A stretch of 53,544 bases of DNA, taken from IMG/VR virus record IMGVR_UViG_3300028025_005543, positions 1-53,544 of that record; one strand, 5' to 3'. This document shows positions 18,950 through 28,470 of this stretch, piece after piece. Each line of letters starts with the position of its first letter. Position 1 is the stretch's first letter. Under the pieces are notes generated by a model. That model searched no databases. It was not told the DNA's origin and worked only from the letters and a program-made list of their open reading frames with translations. This DNA is from a virus (lineage: Duplodnaviria; Caudoviricetes). The position numbers and the translations under genes are program-made.

Positions 18950-19213
18950 TTATTCGCCTGCTTTTTGTGCTGGTGCTTTCTTGTCAACCTTGTTGAAGAC
19001 TTCATTGATTTCCGAAGAGGACAATTTCCCATCTTCAAGAAATGCGCGCGAGAGTCCTTCGACTACGACTGCAACCCCTGCAATTCCAGCCATGAAGACA
19101 GCCTTGAGTACTGGAACGCCAGCAATAGTTCCTGCACCGATAACACCGAGGCCAGATGCGGCAAAAGTAGCCAGAATTCTAAGGAGTACATTTACAAACA
19201 AATCTTTTTTCAT
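18950..19213 (-). CDS. Holin-like membrane protein
   Basis: Two TM segments then DGKLSSSEINEVF. Confidence 0.65.
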   Translation of the reverse strand: MKKDLFVNVLLRILATFAASGLGVIGAGTIAGVPVLKAVFMAGIAGVAVVVEGLSRAFLEDGKLSSSEINEVFNKVDKKAPAQKAGE

Positions 19214-19236
19214 ATGAATATTATCTCATAAAATTA

Positions 19237-19272
19237 AAAGCCGCCAGCGAACTTAATCACTGGCGGCTTTTA
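19237..19272. terminator. Bidirectional intrinsic terminator
   Basis: AAAAGCCGCCAG...CTGGCGGCTTTT. Confidence 0.8.
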
Positions 19273-19292
19273 TAATCCGAGGAGGGATTTAG

Positions 19293-19721
19293 TTAGGCTT
19301 GTACGCCACCTGGGTGGGTGCCACGGAGAGTTGCAATGTCGTAAACATTGTCACCCGAGTCAGCTGGAACCATGTCGTAGGTTACGAGCACGGAGAGGTT
19401 TGCACCTGCAACTGAAGAGCCAACTTGGTCAACATCGACCGAGATGACATCGCCTGCTGCGAAGGTGCCTGCTTCAACATCTCCACTGTTGTCAGAGAAG
19501 CCGCTGATTGCAATCGAAGGGCGATTTGCTTGGGTTGTGAACACTGTCGTACCAGCAACATTTACGTCGCAGACGAGAGCAGCACCAGTTGGTGCAGTTG
19601 TTACAGCCGTTGTAATTGAACGAATGGTTCCAGCATGTGGCATGCGAACTGCAGCCTTGCTGGTTGTTGCGATAGTTCCGGTTACTGAAAGAACGATTGA
19701 GGCTGGTGCCGATTGTGCCAT
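19293..19721 (-). CDS. Probable virion structural/decoration protein
   Basis: A/T/G/V-rich beta composition (AGDVISVDVDQVGSSVAGANLSV), AAAGGAG RBS, own terminator. Confidence 0.6.
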   Translation of the reverse strand: MAQSAPASIVLSVTGTIATTSKAAVRMPHAGTIRSITTAVTTAPTGAALVCDVNVAGTTVFTTQANRPSIAISGFSDNSGDVEAGTFAAGDVISVDVDQVGSSVAGANLSVLVTYDMVPADSGDNVYDIATLRGTHPGGVQA

Positions 19722-19789
19722 TTAATTCTCCTTTAAAGAATGTTTAGATAGCCAATAATAGCAGACGATTATTTACCGTATTGGAATAT

Positions 19790-20242
19790 CTAGGGCTTCC
19801 TACCCTCTTCCGACTCCATTTTGTAGATTTCATCAGCAATTTTCTTGGAATAGCGCTTTCTGAGATTCCAGATTTTTTGGTTCATCTCGAACATTGCCTC
19901 AGTTTGGCGGGCTTTACGCATTACATCGCTTGAGAATGTGCCGTACTTGTTGAAAAGGTGATTATCAATATCTGAGGCTTCAATCAGGATGTCGGAAACC
20001 CAGTTTGCACGGTTATCAATGGCAATAAGCATCTCGCACATGCCCTCATACCCAAAGTCGTTATAGGCACGGCTCACGCTCATCTGGCAGAAGTTTTTCC
20101 GGTACGTGGTTTCTGCATCAGATGCAGTGGCAATGAATTCTGCAATAAAATTCGTCAAACCCTCGCGTGTTACCTCGTGGATTTCTGGTGAGTCTTCCTC
20201 CCACTCATCGCCCATTTCTCCATCTGGATTAAAGTCGCTCAT
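19790..20242 (-). CDS. Acidic hypothetical protein
   Basis: 150-aa ORF, GGAG RBS. Confidence 0.75.
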   Translation of the reverse strand: MSDFNPDGEMGDEWEEDSPEIHEVTREGLTNFIAEFIATASDAETTYRKNFCQMSVSRAYNDFGYEGMCEMLIAIDNRANWVSDILIEASDIDNHLFNKYGTFSSDVMRKARQTEAMFEMNQKIWNLRKRYSKKIADEIYKMESEEGRKP

Positions 20243-20293
20243 GAGAGTCTCCGTTCGATTTTGTTCACTTGTTAATCATCTCACGATTCGTGT

Positions 20294-21316
20294 TTAGGCC
20301 ATTGAAAGGATGAGTTCCTGGGCGGCTGTCTTTTTCTTATTAACCCAAGAATATGTGTTCATTGAGGCAATGGCTCTTTCGTCTTTTGTTGCCTCTCTGT
20401 AGTGGTCAAGATACTCAGCAATCGTGTTGTACATTGCCCAACCATTTTGACCAACGCCACCAGCATTTGTCTTCTTTGGGTAGAGGACCTTCATCGCTTC
20501 AAGAATCAGTTCTCGATTTTTGCGTTGAGTTTTACTCTCTGTTTTTGCTTGAGTGAACAGGGTGTTGACAATATGGTCAAACTTTGCTGATGACCTATCA
20601 ATTGGAATTTGCATCATTTTTTCTGCTGTTTGGGTGAACAGATGCGACCAAGACTTTGACAGTCTCAAGACCTCTTGTGCATCACTCACAATGAAGTCAG
20701 CATTTTTTGTGTGACGTGCCGTAACCTTCATTGATGCATCTTGAATTGCTGTGAAAACAGTGTTTTTACATACAGCACGAATTGGTGTGTTTGCAAATGT
20801 GATTGGTGTCTTCCCATCATGACCATTGCGGACAACGATGTATCTATCAATTCTGTCGTTGATTCCATTTGGGTCAACATAAACAGCACCGAGGTCTAGT
20901 GTTGCGAAAAACTCACGACCTTCATCCAGAACTCCACATGTATCTACAAGTGCATCGCCCTTTGATGCCCCAACAACAGCGAGAGCCCTTTCAAGAACCT
21001 CTCTGTTTTGTTGAACTACATATCGTGTTCCAACTGTTGACAATGCGTTGAAAGTGCCATCACCATTTACACGAATTGTTGCACGAGAATCCTTGACGAT
21101 AATTGGTGTTCCGTCTGGATTTAATACGAAGTTTCCTTCAGCATCTACAACTGCAACACCGGCTGTAACCACATCAAAGTCTGCATGGGCAGCACGAAGC
21201 ATGTCTGGAATTGTCTGTAAACCCTTTACTGGGGTTCCCAGTTTGTGCCAAGGAATTGAATGGTCGGCATAGGCCATCCTCGCCTGCATATTTGTGATTT
21301 CAATTCCATGTGCCAT
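20294..21316 (-). CDS. DUF932-family phage/plasmid protein
   Basis: MAHG...PWHKLG...VGTRYVVQQNRE...NGHDG...TPIRAVCKNT...WAMYNTIAEYLDH. Confidence 0.88.
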   Translation of the reverse strand: MAHGIEITNMQARMAYADHSIPWHKLGTPVKGLQTIPDMLRAAHADFDVVTAGVAVVDAEGNFVLNPDGTPIIVKDSRATIRVNGDGTFNALSTVGTRYVVQQNREVLERALAVVGASKGDALVDTCGVLDEGREFFATLDLGAVYVDPNGINDRIDRYIVVRNGHDGKTPITFANTPIRAVCKNTVFTAIQDASMKVTARHTKNADFIVSDAQEVLRLSKSWSHLFTQTAEKMMQIPIDRSSAKFDHIVNTLFTQAKTESKTQRKNRELILEAMKVLYPKKTNAGGVGQNGWAMYNTIAEYLDHYREATKDERAIASMNTYSWVNKKKTAAQELILSMA

Positions 21317-21334
21317 GCCTATAGGATAGTGCAT
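21317..21334. promoter_or_regulatory. Overlapping bidirectional -10 element
   Basis: TAGGATA at 21322-21328 reads TAGGAT (+) and TATCCT (-), 7 and 6 nt from the two ATGs. Confidence 0.55.
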
Positions 21335-21799
21335 ATGGGACGTCTATCTGATTTTGATATTGAATCTTTAGGAAAAACATTTGACTTTGAAAAGGATTTA
21401 GCATTTGGTCAAAATGGTGAAAAATCCATTATTGAATTTGCTAAAGCAATTGGCTCTGGTGCTGTTGAGGTAAAGACCGACAGGTATAAAAACGGCAAAA
21501 TGGTTGTTGAAACTCATCAAAGTCCCGGCAATCGAAAAGGAACTGATGGAAAAAACATTTGGGTTCCTTCAGGACTGAACGTAACGAAAGCTGAATGGTG
21601 GGTTTACATCTATTCAGTTGACCAATCGTTTGTGATGTTCAAGGTTGACCGACTAAAGAGATATTTGCGAGCTCATCCAGAGATGTACAACAGCAATACA
21701 AAGCGAGTTATGGCACCAAACTCAGACAATCCAGCACTCGCTTGGATTATTGAGAAAAATGATGTCATCAACATGATTAGTTCTGCTCAATACGATTAA
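21335..21799 (+). CDS. PD-(D/E)XK-like nuclease
   Basis: FEKDLAFGQNGE...VEVKTDR...PSGLNVTKAEWWVY. Confidence 0.7.
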   Translation: MGRLSDFDIESLGKTFDFEKDLAFGQNGEKSIIEFAKAIGSGAVEVKTDRYKNGKMVVETHQSPGNRKGTDGKNIWVPSGLNVTKAEWWVYIYSVDQSFVMFKVDRLKRYLRAHPEMYNSNTKRVMAPNSDNPALAWIIEKNDVINMISSAQYD

Positions 21800-21918
21800 A
21801 ACCTTTATCCATAAGGGTTTTAAGAGTTATTTTTTTTATTAAAAAAGGTTGTTGTTGTGCTTTTTAACTGCGTATAGTAAATGTTAGTTAGAAATCATTA
21901 CTAAGAAAGGCAACCATC

Positions 21919-22134
21919 ATGTCGGATTACACCAAACTCAAAAAAGAAGGTCTCAAGCGCGGTCGTCCTCGTCTTCCAGAAAACGAACGACAGCAGCGTA
22001 AGCAACTTGTTTTGATGCGCGCAGAAGCACGTCGTCGGGCAATGCTTGTCATTTGCGACAGGCACTCCGAAGAACTCAAGAGTCAAGTTGAAATTGAATT
22101 GAAAGAATTGCTCAAGCAGAGCAAGAAGAAATAA
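21919..22134 (+). CDS. Small basic DNA-binding protein (AT-hook-like)
   Basis: KRGRPR followed by a basic helix. Confidence 0.7.
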   Translation: MSDYTKLKKEGLKRGRPRLPENERQQRKQLVLMRAEARRRAMLVICDRHSEELKSQVEIELKELLKQSKKK

Positions 22135-22386
22135 TTACTTCTTCTTTTTCTTGCCAAAGAGTCGTTTCCAGAACGGACTCTTCTTTGCAACAGCAACAGT
22201 GATGTTCACGCTTTCAGTGAGTTCATTTACGAACTTCTGAGCATCAACAAAATGCTTGTCAATGGCAGATGTGTCAATCAAGTCGTCCTTTTTTTCAGCT
22301 TTTGGAGCTGTCTTTTTAGGGGCGGCTTTTTTGGCTGGTGCCTTCTTTGCTGGAGCCTTCTTTACTGGTTTCTTGTTTGTTGTCAT
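22135..22386 (-). CDS. Histone H1-like basic protein
   Basis: KKAPAKKAPAKKAAPKKTAPK; C-terminal PFWKRLFGKKKKK. Confidence 0.7.
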   Translation of the reverse strand: MTTNKKPVKKAPAKKAPAKKAAPKKTAPKAEKKDDLIDTSAIDKHFVDAQKFVNELTESVNITVAVAKKSPFWKRLFGKKKKK

Positions 22387-22470
22387 AGGTACGAATCTTA
22401 GCCACACTCAAATACGCTGTAGTGGAACTACATCCCCTGCAGGAAATCATTATCGTTTAGGCTTTCTTGA

Positions 22471-23115
22471 GTGGAAGACGACTACATTGACGATGTTCAG
22501 AAAATGGCATTGATTGCAACGTCGTCCCAGTTGGCAAAAGAGGCTTCGGTATCAGTTGAGGGAGTCGGGGAAGACCTCAGTTTTAATTTCTTTGGCTGGG
22601 TTGGTGGCTCGCTCAGGATTATCTGCCAGATGAGTAAGCAGGCAATGAGGGAATCGCACCCAGATAGGTTTGCTGCCTCCACGCACCTCTGCATGGCTCT
22701 CAGACGCTACTGGGGAGTCACGGACATAACCATGGTTGCAGAAGGCTTTATATCCCTAGACCCTCTTACAACGCGTGGGAGAGACCTTAAACGGCTCTTT
22801 GCTGATACGGGCGATATCGGAGAGTGCATAACTGTGACTCATGCCTATATGGACCCAATGAGCGAACCCTCAAAGCCAGCAGTGAGCCTTGTGGCGATTC
22901 CCTATGTTTATGGGCTAGGCAGGAAGGTCGAATGGCAAAAGATGCTGGCCGCACCAGATGACGGAGTAAAAATTCTTAGAGAAAGCATGTACCCACAAAT
23001 GTTAATGAGGGTGCTCACTGAAAAAGCGGAAAAAGATGTTCCAGATGATGCTCTCTATTCAATTATCCAGCAGATGATGGAAAATGGTTTTGAAGTATTT
23101 GAGTTTGAGATTTAA
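22471..23115 (+). CDS. Hypothetical protein
   Basis: 214-aa ORF; TAGGCT-7 nt-GTG. Confidence 0.75.
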   Translation: MEDDYIDDVQKMALIATSSQLAKEASVSVEGVGEDLSFNFFGWVGGSLRIICQMSKQAMRESHPDRFAASTHLCMALRRYWGVTDITMVAEGFISLDPLTTRGRDLKRLFADTGDIGECITVTHAYMDPMSEPSKPAVSLVAIPYVYGLGRKVEWQKMLAAPDDGVKILRESMYPQMLMRVLTEKAEKDVPDDALYSIIQQMMENGFEVFEFEI

Positions 23116-23129
23116 TGTAAACTTTTAAT

Positions 23130-23462
23130 ATGGATTATCCACAGCATCCGTTCCATAATTCAACCATTGGTGTTAACAATGGGATTTCAAGCATCGGAAG
23201 TATAAAGATATCCACAGCCGACCGGCAAAAATGTCCAGTGTGTGGTCACAAGACCGGAGATTGCACTGGGGAATCACCTGCGCCAAAACATATTGCAGGC
23301 TTCAACCAAATTGAGTCGTTGAAAAAAACACAAACATTGCTTGTTGAAGAAGATATTTACGAAGAAAGACAAATTACACCTTTTAACAAGATTCGTGTAG
23401 TTATTCACCATAAGGGGAGTTATATTTCCCTGGATGAGGCCAAGAAATTCGGTCTCCTCTAG
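23130..23462 (+). CDS. Hypothetical protein with CPVCGH..GDC motif
   Basis: 110-aa ORF; TAAACT-6 nt-ATG. Confidence 0.7.
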   Translation: MDYPQHPFHNSTIGVNNGISSIGSIKISTADRQKCPVCGHKTGDCTGESPAPKHIAGFNQIESLKKTQTLLVEEDIYEERQITPFNKIRVVIHHKGSYISLDEAKKFGLL

Positions 23463-23534
23463 GATATTTCACTATTCATTTGTGAAGTAGAATAGTTAAC
23501 TCTAATCGTAACTACTTAATCTACAAGGGGCTTT

Positions 23535-25460
23535 ATGGCTTATATTGACGACTCTTTCGTTGCTTCCTACTCAACTCAAACGCCTCCTTGGGGATTTAGT
23601 GGTCTTGGGGAAATTGTTTATCTTCGCACCTATTCACGCAAGAAAGACAATGGTGATTTGGAGAGCTGGTCAGAGACATTGCAGCGTGTTATCAACGGCG
23701 CAATTGAAGTTGGCGCAAAACTTTCACAGGAAGAAGCAGAAAAACTGTTTGACCACTGCTTTAATTTGCGAGCATCTTTTTCTGGTCGTTCGTTGTGGCA
23801 ACTTGGGACACCGCTTGTCAAGAAACTTAATGCAACATCGCTGAATAACTGCTACTTCACAAACATTGAAAAAATTGAAGACTTTGAGATGCTGTTTGAG
23901 TACCTCATGCTTGGTGGCGGTGTTGGATTCTCCGTTGAGCGAGCAAAGATTCACGACTTGCCAAAAGTTAGAGAGAATGTTGTTATTACCCATGAGCGCA
24001 GCAATGATGCAGACATTATTGTTCCTGACTCACGTCAAGGTTGGAAGCGTCTTCTTCATTCAGTTCTTAAGTCCTACTTTGAGACTGGCAAATCGTTTAG
24101 TTACTCAACCATTTTGATTCGTGAATACGGCGCTCCACTCAATACATTCGGTGGCACCGCTTCTGGTCCCGGCGCATTGATTGAGGGCATCAAAGATATT
24201 TGTGGTGTTATGGAAAACCGTGTTGGGAAGAAACTTCGCTCAATTGATGTTCTTGACATCTGCAACATCATTGGTCGAATTGTCGTTTCAGGTTCTTCAC
24301 GTCGTTCCGCGCAGATTGCAATGGGTGACCCAGACGATGTTCTATTCCTCCGTGCAAAAAATTGGGGTTCAGGAAATGTCCCTGCATGGAGAGCAAACTC
24401 AAACAACAGCATTTATGCTGACTACTACGAAGAAATCCAGCCAGAACTCTGGAAGGGTTACGACGGAACTGGCGAGCCATACGGTTTGTTGAATCGTCGT
24501 CTCGCAAGACGTTTTGGTCGCACTGGAGAAGTGAAAGTAGACAACTCAATTGAGGGATTTAATCCATGTGCAGAAATTGCACTTGCTGATGGAGAGTCGT
24601 GCAACTTGGCAACACTGTTTTTGCCAAACATTGACTCCTACGAGCAGTTTGTGGAAATTTCTACACTCCTCTATAAGGTTCAGAAACAGATTACGCAGAT
24701 GTCGTACCCATATGAGAAGACGACAAACATTGTTCGCAAGAATGCTCGCCTCGGACAGTCTGTAACCGGAATCCTGCAATGCGGTGAAGAGAAGTTGAAG
24801 TGGCTTTCTGATGGTTATGAAGCATTGGTTGATTACGACGCAAAGTTCTCTAAGGAAAACGGTTTGCCAACCTCTGTGAGACTGACAACAGTTCAGCCTT
24901 CGGGAACGCTGTCACTCCTGCCTGGTGTGACGCCTGGAATTCACCCTGCATATGCGAAGTATTACATTCGCCGTGTTCGCTTCGGTTCTTCTGACCCACT
25001 CGTAGAGGCATGTCGCAAGCGTGGCTACAAAGTTCAGTGGGACATGGGTCTTGATGGAAGAGAAGACCACACTAGATATGTAGTGGACTTTCCATGCGAG
25101 TCGCCAGAGGGTTCAATCCTTGCAAAGGACATGACTGCAGTTGAGCAGTTGGAGTGGGTAAAGAAGATGCAAACGGAATGGGCAGACAATGCTGTTTCGG
25201 TAACCGTCTATTATCGCAAGGAAGAACTTCCAGCCATTCAAGAGTGGTTGTCAAAGAACTATGACAAGAGCGTGAAGTCTGTTTCATTCTTGTTGCATAC
25301 TGACCACAACTTTGTTCTTCCTCCATACGAGGAAATTACCGAGGCAGATTATAAGAAGGCTGCAGCAAAGATTGATACCAGTATCCCAATGGTTCAACGC
25401 TCATTTGATGGTGATTTGGATTTGGACAACTGCGCAACAGGAGCATGTCCAATTAAGTAA
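23535..25460 (+). CDS. nrdJ: Class II (B12-dependent) ribonucleotide reductase, monomeric RTPR type
   Basis: YLRTYSR, SLNNC, GGGVG, NPCAEI, TTVQPSGT, C-terminal CATGACPIK. Confidence 0.95.
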   Translation: MAYIDDSFVASYSTQTPPWGFSGLGEIVYLRTYSRKKDNGDLESWSETLQRVINGAIEVGAKLSQEEAEKLFDHCFNLRASFSGRSLWQLGTPLVKKLNATSLNNCYFTNIEKIEDFEMLFEYLMLGGGVGFSVERAKIHDLPKVRENVVITHERSNDADIIVPDSRQGWKRLLHSVLKSYFETGKSFSYSTILIREYGAPLNTFGGTASGPGALIEGIKDICGVMENRVGKKLRSIDVLDICNIIGRIVVSGSSRRSAQIAMGDPDDVLFLRAKNWGSGNVPAWRANSNNSIYADYYEEIQPELWKGYDGTGEPYGLLNRRLARRFGRTGEVKVDNSIEGFNPCAEIALADGESCNLATLFLPNIDSYEQFVEISTLLYKVQKQITQMSYPYEKTTNIVRKNARLGQSVTGILQCGEEKLKWLSDGYEALVDYDAKFSKENGLPTSVRLTTVQPSGTLSLLPGVTPGIHPAYAKYYIRRVRFGSSDPLVEACRKRGYKVQWDMGLDGREDHTRYVVDFPCESPEGSILAKDMTAVEQLEWVKKMQTEWADNAVSVTVYYRKEELPAIQEWLSKNYDKSVKSVSFLLHTDHNFVLPPYEEITEADYKKAAAKIDTSIPMVQRSFDGDLDLDNCATGACPIK

Positions 25461-25856
25461 TTACTTAAATTCCGCCCAAGTCTTATCGCCTACACCGAAA
25501 TACTCTCTGGCATAGCCAGATTGAATGATGTCTTTATTCAGGCAAGCCGTAGATGGGTCATCTACCTTGTCTGAACTAAAGATTCTTGCAAGAACACGAC
25601 CGTATTTGTCATTCTTGTCGGGGATTGTGTTTACAAAAACCCACTGGTGATTTGTCAGCCAGTCTTTGGTAAATGACTTCGCCTTCAATCCCATTTCTTT
25701 TTCTGCGAGGTCTTTTGTTCTTGATTCTGGTGTATTTACTCCGTAGAGTCGTACACGAATTTTGTGATGGATATTAAATCCAAGGTCAATCATGAGGTCG
25801 ATTGTGTCACCATCAATGACATTTAAAACAGTTGCTCCGTACCAAAATCTTTGCAT
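25461..25856 (-). CDS. Thermonuclease (SNase family)
   Basis: VIDGDTID...RVRLYGVNTPES...DKYGRVLA. Confidence 0.9.
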   Translation of the reverse strand: MQRFWYGATVLNVIDGDTIDLMIDLGFNIHHKIRVRLYGVNTPESRTKDLAEKEMGLKAKSFTKDWLTNHQWVFVNTIPDKNDKYGRVLARIFSSDKVDDPSTACLNKDIIQSGYAREYFGVGDKTWAEFK

Positions 25857-25879
25857 TTAATAATTATCCCACATAATAC

Positions 25880-25918
25880 AAAAACCCCGCCCCAACCTTT
25901 CGGCCAGAGCGGGGTTCT
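25880..25918 (-). terminator. Intrinsic terminator after the major capsid gene
   Basis: AACCCCGC...GCGGGGTT stem with a T run on the minus strand. Confidence 0.75.
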
Positions 25919-25934
25919 TGTTACTTGCGGCTAA

Positions 25935-27242
25935 TTATGCGCTTGGTGCTGCGTCAAAGTTTACCTTGACGAAGGACTCTGGACGCTTGACAGCAAGGGC
26001 GAGTCTCTGCTCGGCCAAGATGACAATCGCGTTGCGGATAAAGAAGTCTGCATGCTGTTCCGAAATGCGGATGCTTGCTTGTTCACGGTCGTAGAGCTGT
26101 GCTCCCTGACCAAATGAACCAACAAGTGCAACACCCTCGGTCATTGCTGGGGTTTCAACGATTGGCAGACGCCATACCTTTGGCTCGCCACCCATTGCAA
26201 CCGAAACTGCGATGAGGTACTGGCCATTGCCGTCCTTGGTCAATTCGATGTCTTCCCAGTCGTTTGGATGCATTACTACACCCGATGGCTCGTAGTAAGC
26301 CAAGAACGAAAGGGTTGCTGCACGACGAATTGCATCAGCCTTGGTGTCGCTCATACCAGCAGTTGCTGAATAAGCACCATCAGACCAGTCGTAGGTCTGA
26401 ATGCCTGATGTCTGAAGAATACCAGTGAGGTTTTCTCCCGTGCCATCGCCATTGAGGATTTGAGCATCTTCCTGAAGACGGAGACCGTACATCAGTTCGT
26501 TGTCAATGATTGAGCGTAGTTGTGGCTCATCAGCAAGAACGTTTCTGTGTGCTGCTTCCCAGTGTGCAAGGGTCTTGACCGAAGTCTGTACACCCTCAAA
26601 CGACATGCTTGACTGTGGCTTCACACCAAAGGTTGCTGAAGCTGAACGCTCTGCAACTGCTGCGGCATTGTTCGTGAAACCGGTCATGCGGAAGTATTCA
26701 ATGATTGCTGCAGTCGTGGTACGAACTGGGAACAAGTCACGAACTCTCTTCGTACGCTTTGGCTGAACGATGATTGGGTCGCGCTGTACGGTGCCAAACT
26801 GAGTTGGGAAACCGCTAGGCATCGAGGTGAACACGTCCTTTACGTTGTAGTTGTTTGCAAGGCTTGAGCCGTACTGGAAAGGTGCTGGCATGTTTGCGCC
26901 ATTCTTTCCACCATTCAACGACTTGAATTCTGCTGAAGCAAGGAATGCCTCACCAATTGATTCAAGCTGACGGGTTGGGATTGCGTAACCAGCAGCAGCT
27001 GCGGCAGCAACTGACTGACCACTTGCTTCCGAACCCCATTCCTTTACGGTGTTCATTGCTTCCATGCCGTCAATCAAAGACTTGAGTTCCTTGATATCGG
27101 TCATGTTCTTGTCGAATGCTGACTTCTGCTTTGCATCAACAATTACGGTGCCGTTTTCGACTTTGAACGAATCGGCGATTGCTTTGTTTTCCGCCATCTT
27201 TGTGCGGAGAGCTCCTTGAAGCTCCTTCAGGTTTTCTGACAT
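25935..27242 (-). CDS. Major capsid protein, HK97 fold
   Basis: N-terminal coiled-coil delta domain, VKTLAHW, QILNGDGTGENLTGIL, VMHPNDW, AEQRLALAVKRPESFV. Confidence 0.96.
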   Translation of the reverse strand: MSENLKELQGALRTKMAENKAIADSFKVENGTVIVDAKQKSAFDKNMTDIKELKSLIDGMEAMNTVKEWGSEASGQSVAAAAAAGYAIPTRQLESIGEAFLASAEFKSLNGGKNGANMPAPFQYGSSLANNYNVKDVFTSMPSGFPTQFGTVQRDPIIVQPKRTKRVRDLFPVRTTTAAIIEYFRMTGFTNNAAAVAERSASATFGVKPQSSMSFEGVQTSVKTLAHWEAAHRNVLADEPQLRSIIDNELMYGLRLQEDAQILNGDGTGENLTGILQTSGIQTYDWSDGAYSATAGMSDTKADAIRRAATLSFLAYYEPSGVVMHPNDWEDIELTKDGNGQYLIAVSVAMGGEPKVWRLPIVETPAMTEGVALVGSFGQGAQLYDREQASIRISEQHADFFIRNAIVILAEQRLALAVKRPESFVKVNFDAAPSA

Positions 27243-27362
27243 GATTTTCCTTTTGTTTGTGGAAGGTTGATTATTGAGGTCAGCTCAGGTAAGCACCCAA
27301 CCGATACCTATCAAAAATAGCAGAGGATTTCTATTAGTTAGGGGAACTAGTAATAAATACAG

Positions 27363-27986
27363 TTATTTAAGTTTGCGCTTTTTTAATTCCTCATTGACAA
27401 TCGTCCTGACCGCCCTGCGCTGTCCTTCAAGTTGACCGCGTCGTCCAAGTGCAGTTGACCCAGCAAGACGGGCATAATCGCTCATATTTGTGCATGGTGT
27501 CCATACGGTTCTTCCGTTTTTTGACACTCTTCTAGCGATTCCAATGCAACCAAGCTGGCGAGACCGTTTTCTTGCAGATTCTGGCTCAAGGAAGACATCT
27601 GGGTCATTATCTTTCGGTGCTGAGATAGGTAGAGCCTTGCCTCTGATTCCATAAAGACCACCACTTGGTAGCGTCCCTATTCCCGAAACTGGTTTTTCGT
27701 CTAAATCTTCAAACTTTTTCTTTCTTGGCTTCCGTTTTTCCCCACGCTCAGAAGCCTCAACCAATGCCGACTTGCCACGAGCCAATTTTTCCCTACGGCG
27801 AAGCGATGAAATCGTATTGCTCCCATACCAAGAGTCGCTTTCTGCCTCATTTGATATGCGAACCATCTCTTCCATGTTTTTACATGGATGCCACTTTCCG
27901 TTCTCGTCCCTGTGAGCACCAGAGCATCCCATGTTGATAGCCATTCTCAGTGCATAAGCCTGAGCTTCCTTATCTTTGCTTAACAT
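27363..27986 (-). CDS. Basic protein with two DUF3721-like Cys motifs
   Basis: MGCSGAH...WHPC and LGCIGIAR...WTPC; GGAGGG RBS before MLSKDK. Confidence 0.7.
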   Translation of the reverse strand: MLSKDKEAQAYALRMAINMGCSGAHRDENGKWHPCKNMEEMVRISNEAESDSWYGSNTISSLRRREKLARGKSALVEASERGEKRKPRKKKFEDLDEKPVSGIGTLPSGGLYGIRGKALPISAPKDNDPDVFLEPESARKRSRQLGCIGIARRVSKNGRTVWTPCTNMSDYARLAGSTALGRRGQLEGQRRAVRTIVNEELKKRKLK

Positions 27987-28470
27987 TGCTGCCCTCCAAA
28001 ATTTTTGTCTCAATATAAAGGTTCTGATATAGGCGCTGTTGCTTTACTGCCAGAATCGGATAAACCATTGTTTTTGATTTAGTCATCCTTCTTCTTCGGC
28101 GCCTTCTTCTAAGAACATTTCGTGTTACACCAAAAATAAACTCACCAGGATACTTAACCGAAATCTCTTCTTGTGTTGTAAGAGATTTAACCCTTCTGTT
28201 AAGTCTCCTAGAACTTGATAGAAGATTCGCTTTTTCTTTCGGAATACTAAAAGCAGTACTGAACTCATCCAAGAGTTCTGGTGTTGCTTGAAGCATTTCT
28301 GTCATTTTCATTCCATATGGAACATTGATGGATTTATTATTTAGATTCTCTTGAGCAGCCCATTTTTTTGACTGCTTACTGATGCCGTATACACGCTTAT
28401 GCTCCCCTTCGGAGAGGACAATTGCATAAGGTTCATTGCGAGCAACATCAATAAGTACTGAGTAATTCAT
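27970..28470 (-). CDS. Basic hypothetical protein with poly-Arg tract
   Basis: 166-aa ORF directly following the upstream stop. Confidence 0.7.
   Translation of the reverse strand: MNYSVLIDVARNEPYAIVLSEGEHKRVYGISKQSKKWAAQENLNNKSINVPYGMKMTEMLQATPELLDEFSTAFSIPKEKANLLSSSRRLNRRVKSLTTQEEISVKYPGEFIFGVTRNVLRRRRRRRRMTKSKTMVYPILAVKQQRLYQNLYIETKILEGSNVKQR

Noticed and set aside
23535-25460. Intein or intron in the RNR
   Set aside because: Continuous 641-aa ORF of normal length with no splicing motifs seen
28088-28112. Poly-Arg tract as a sign of frameshift
   Set aside because: The ORF continues to a stop overlapping the next gene, which has its own RBS and ATG
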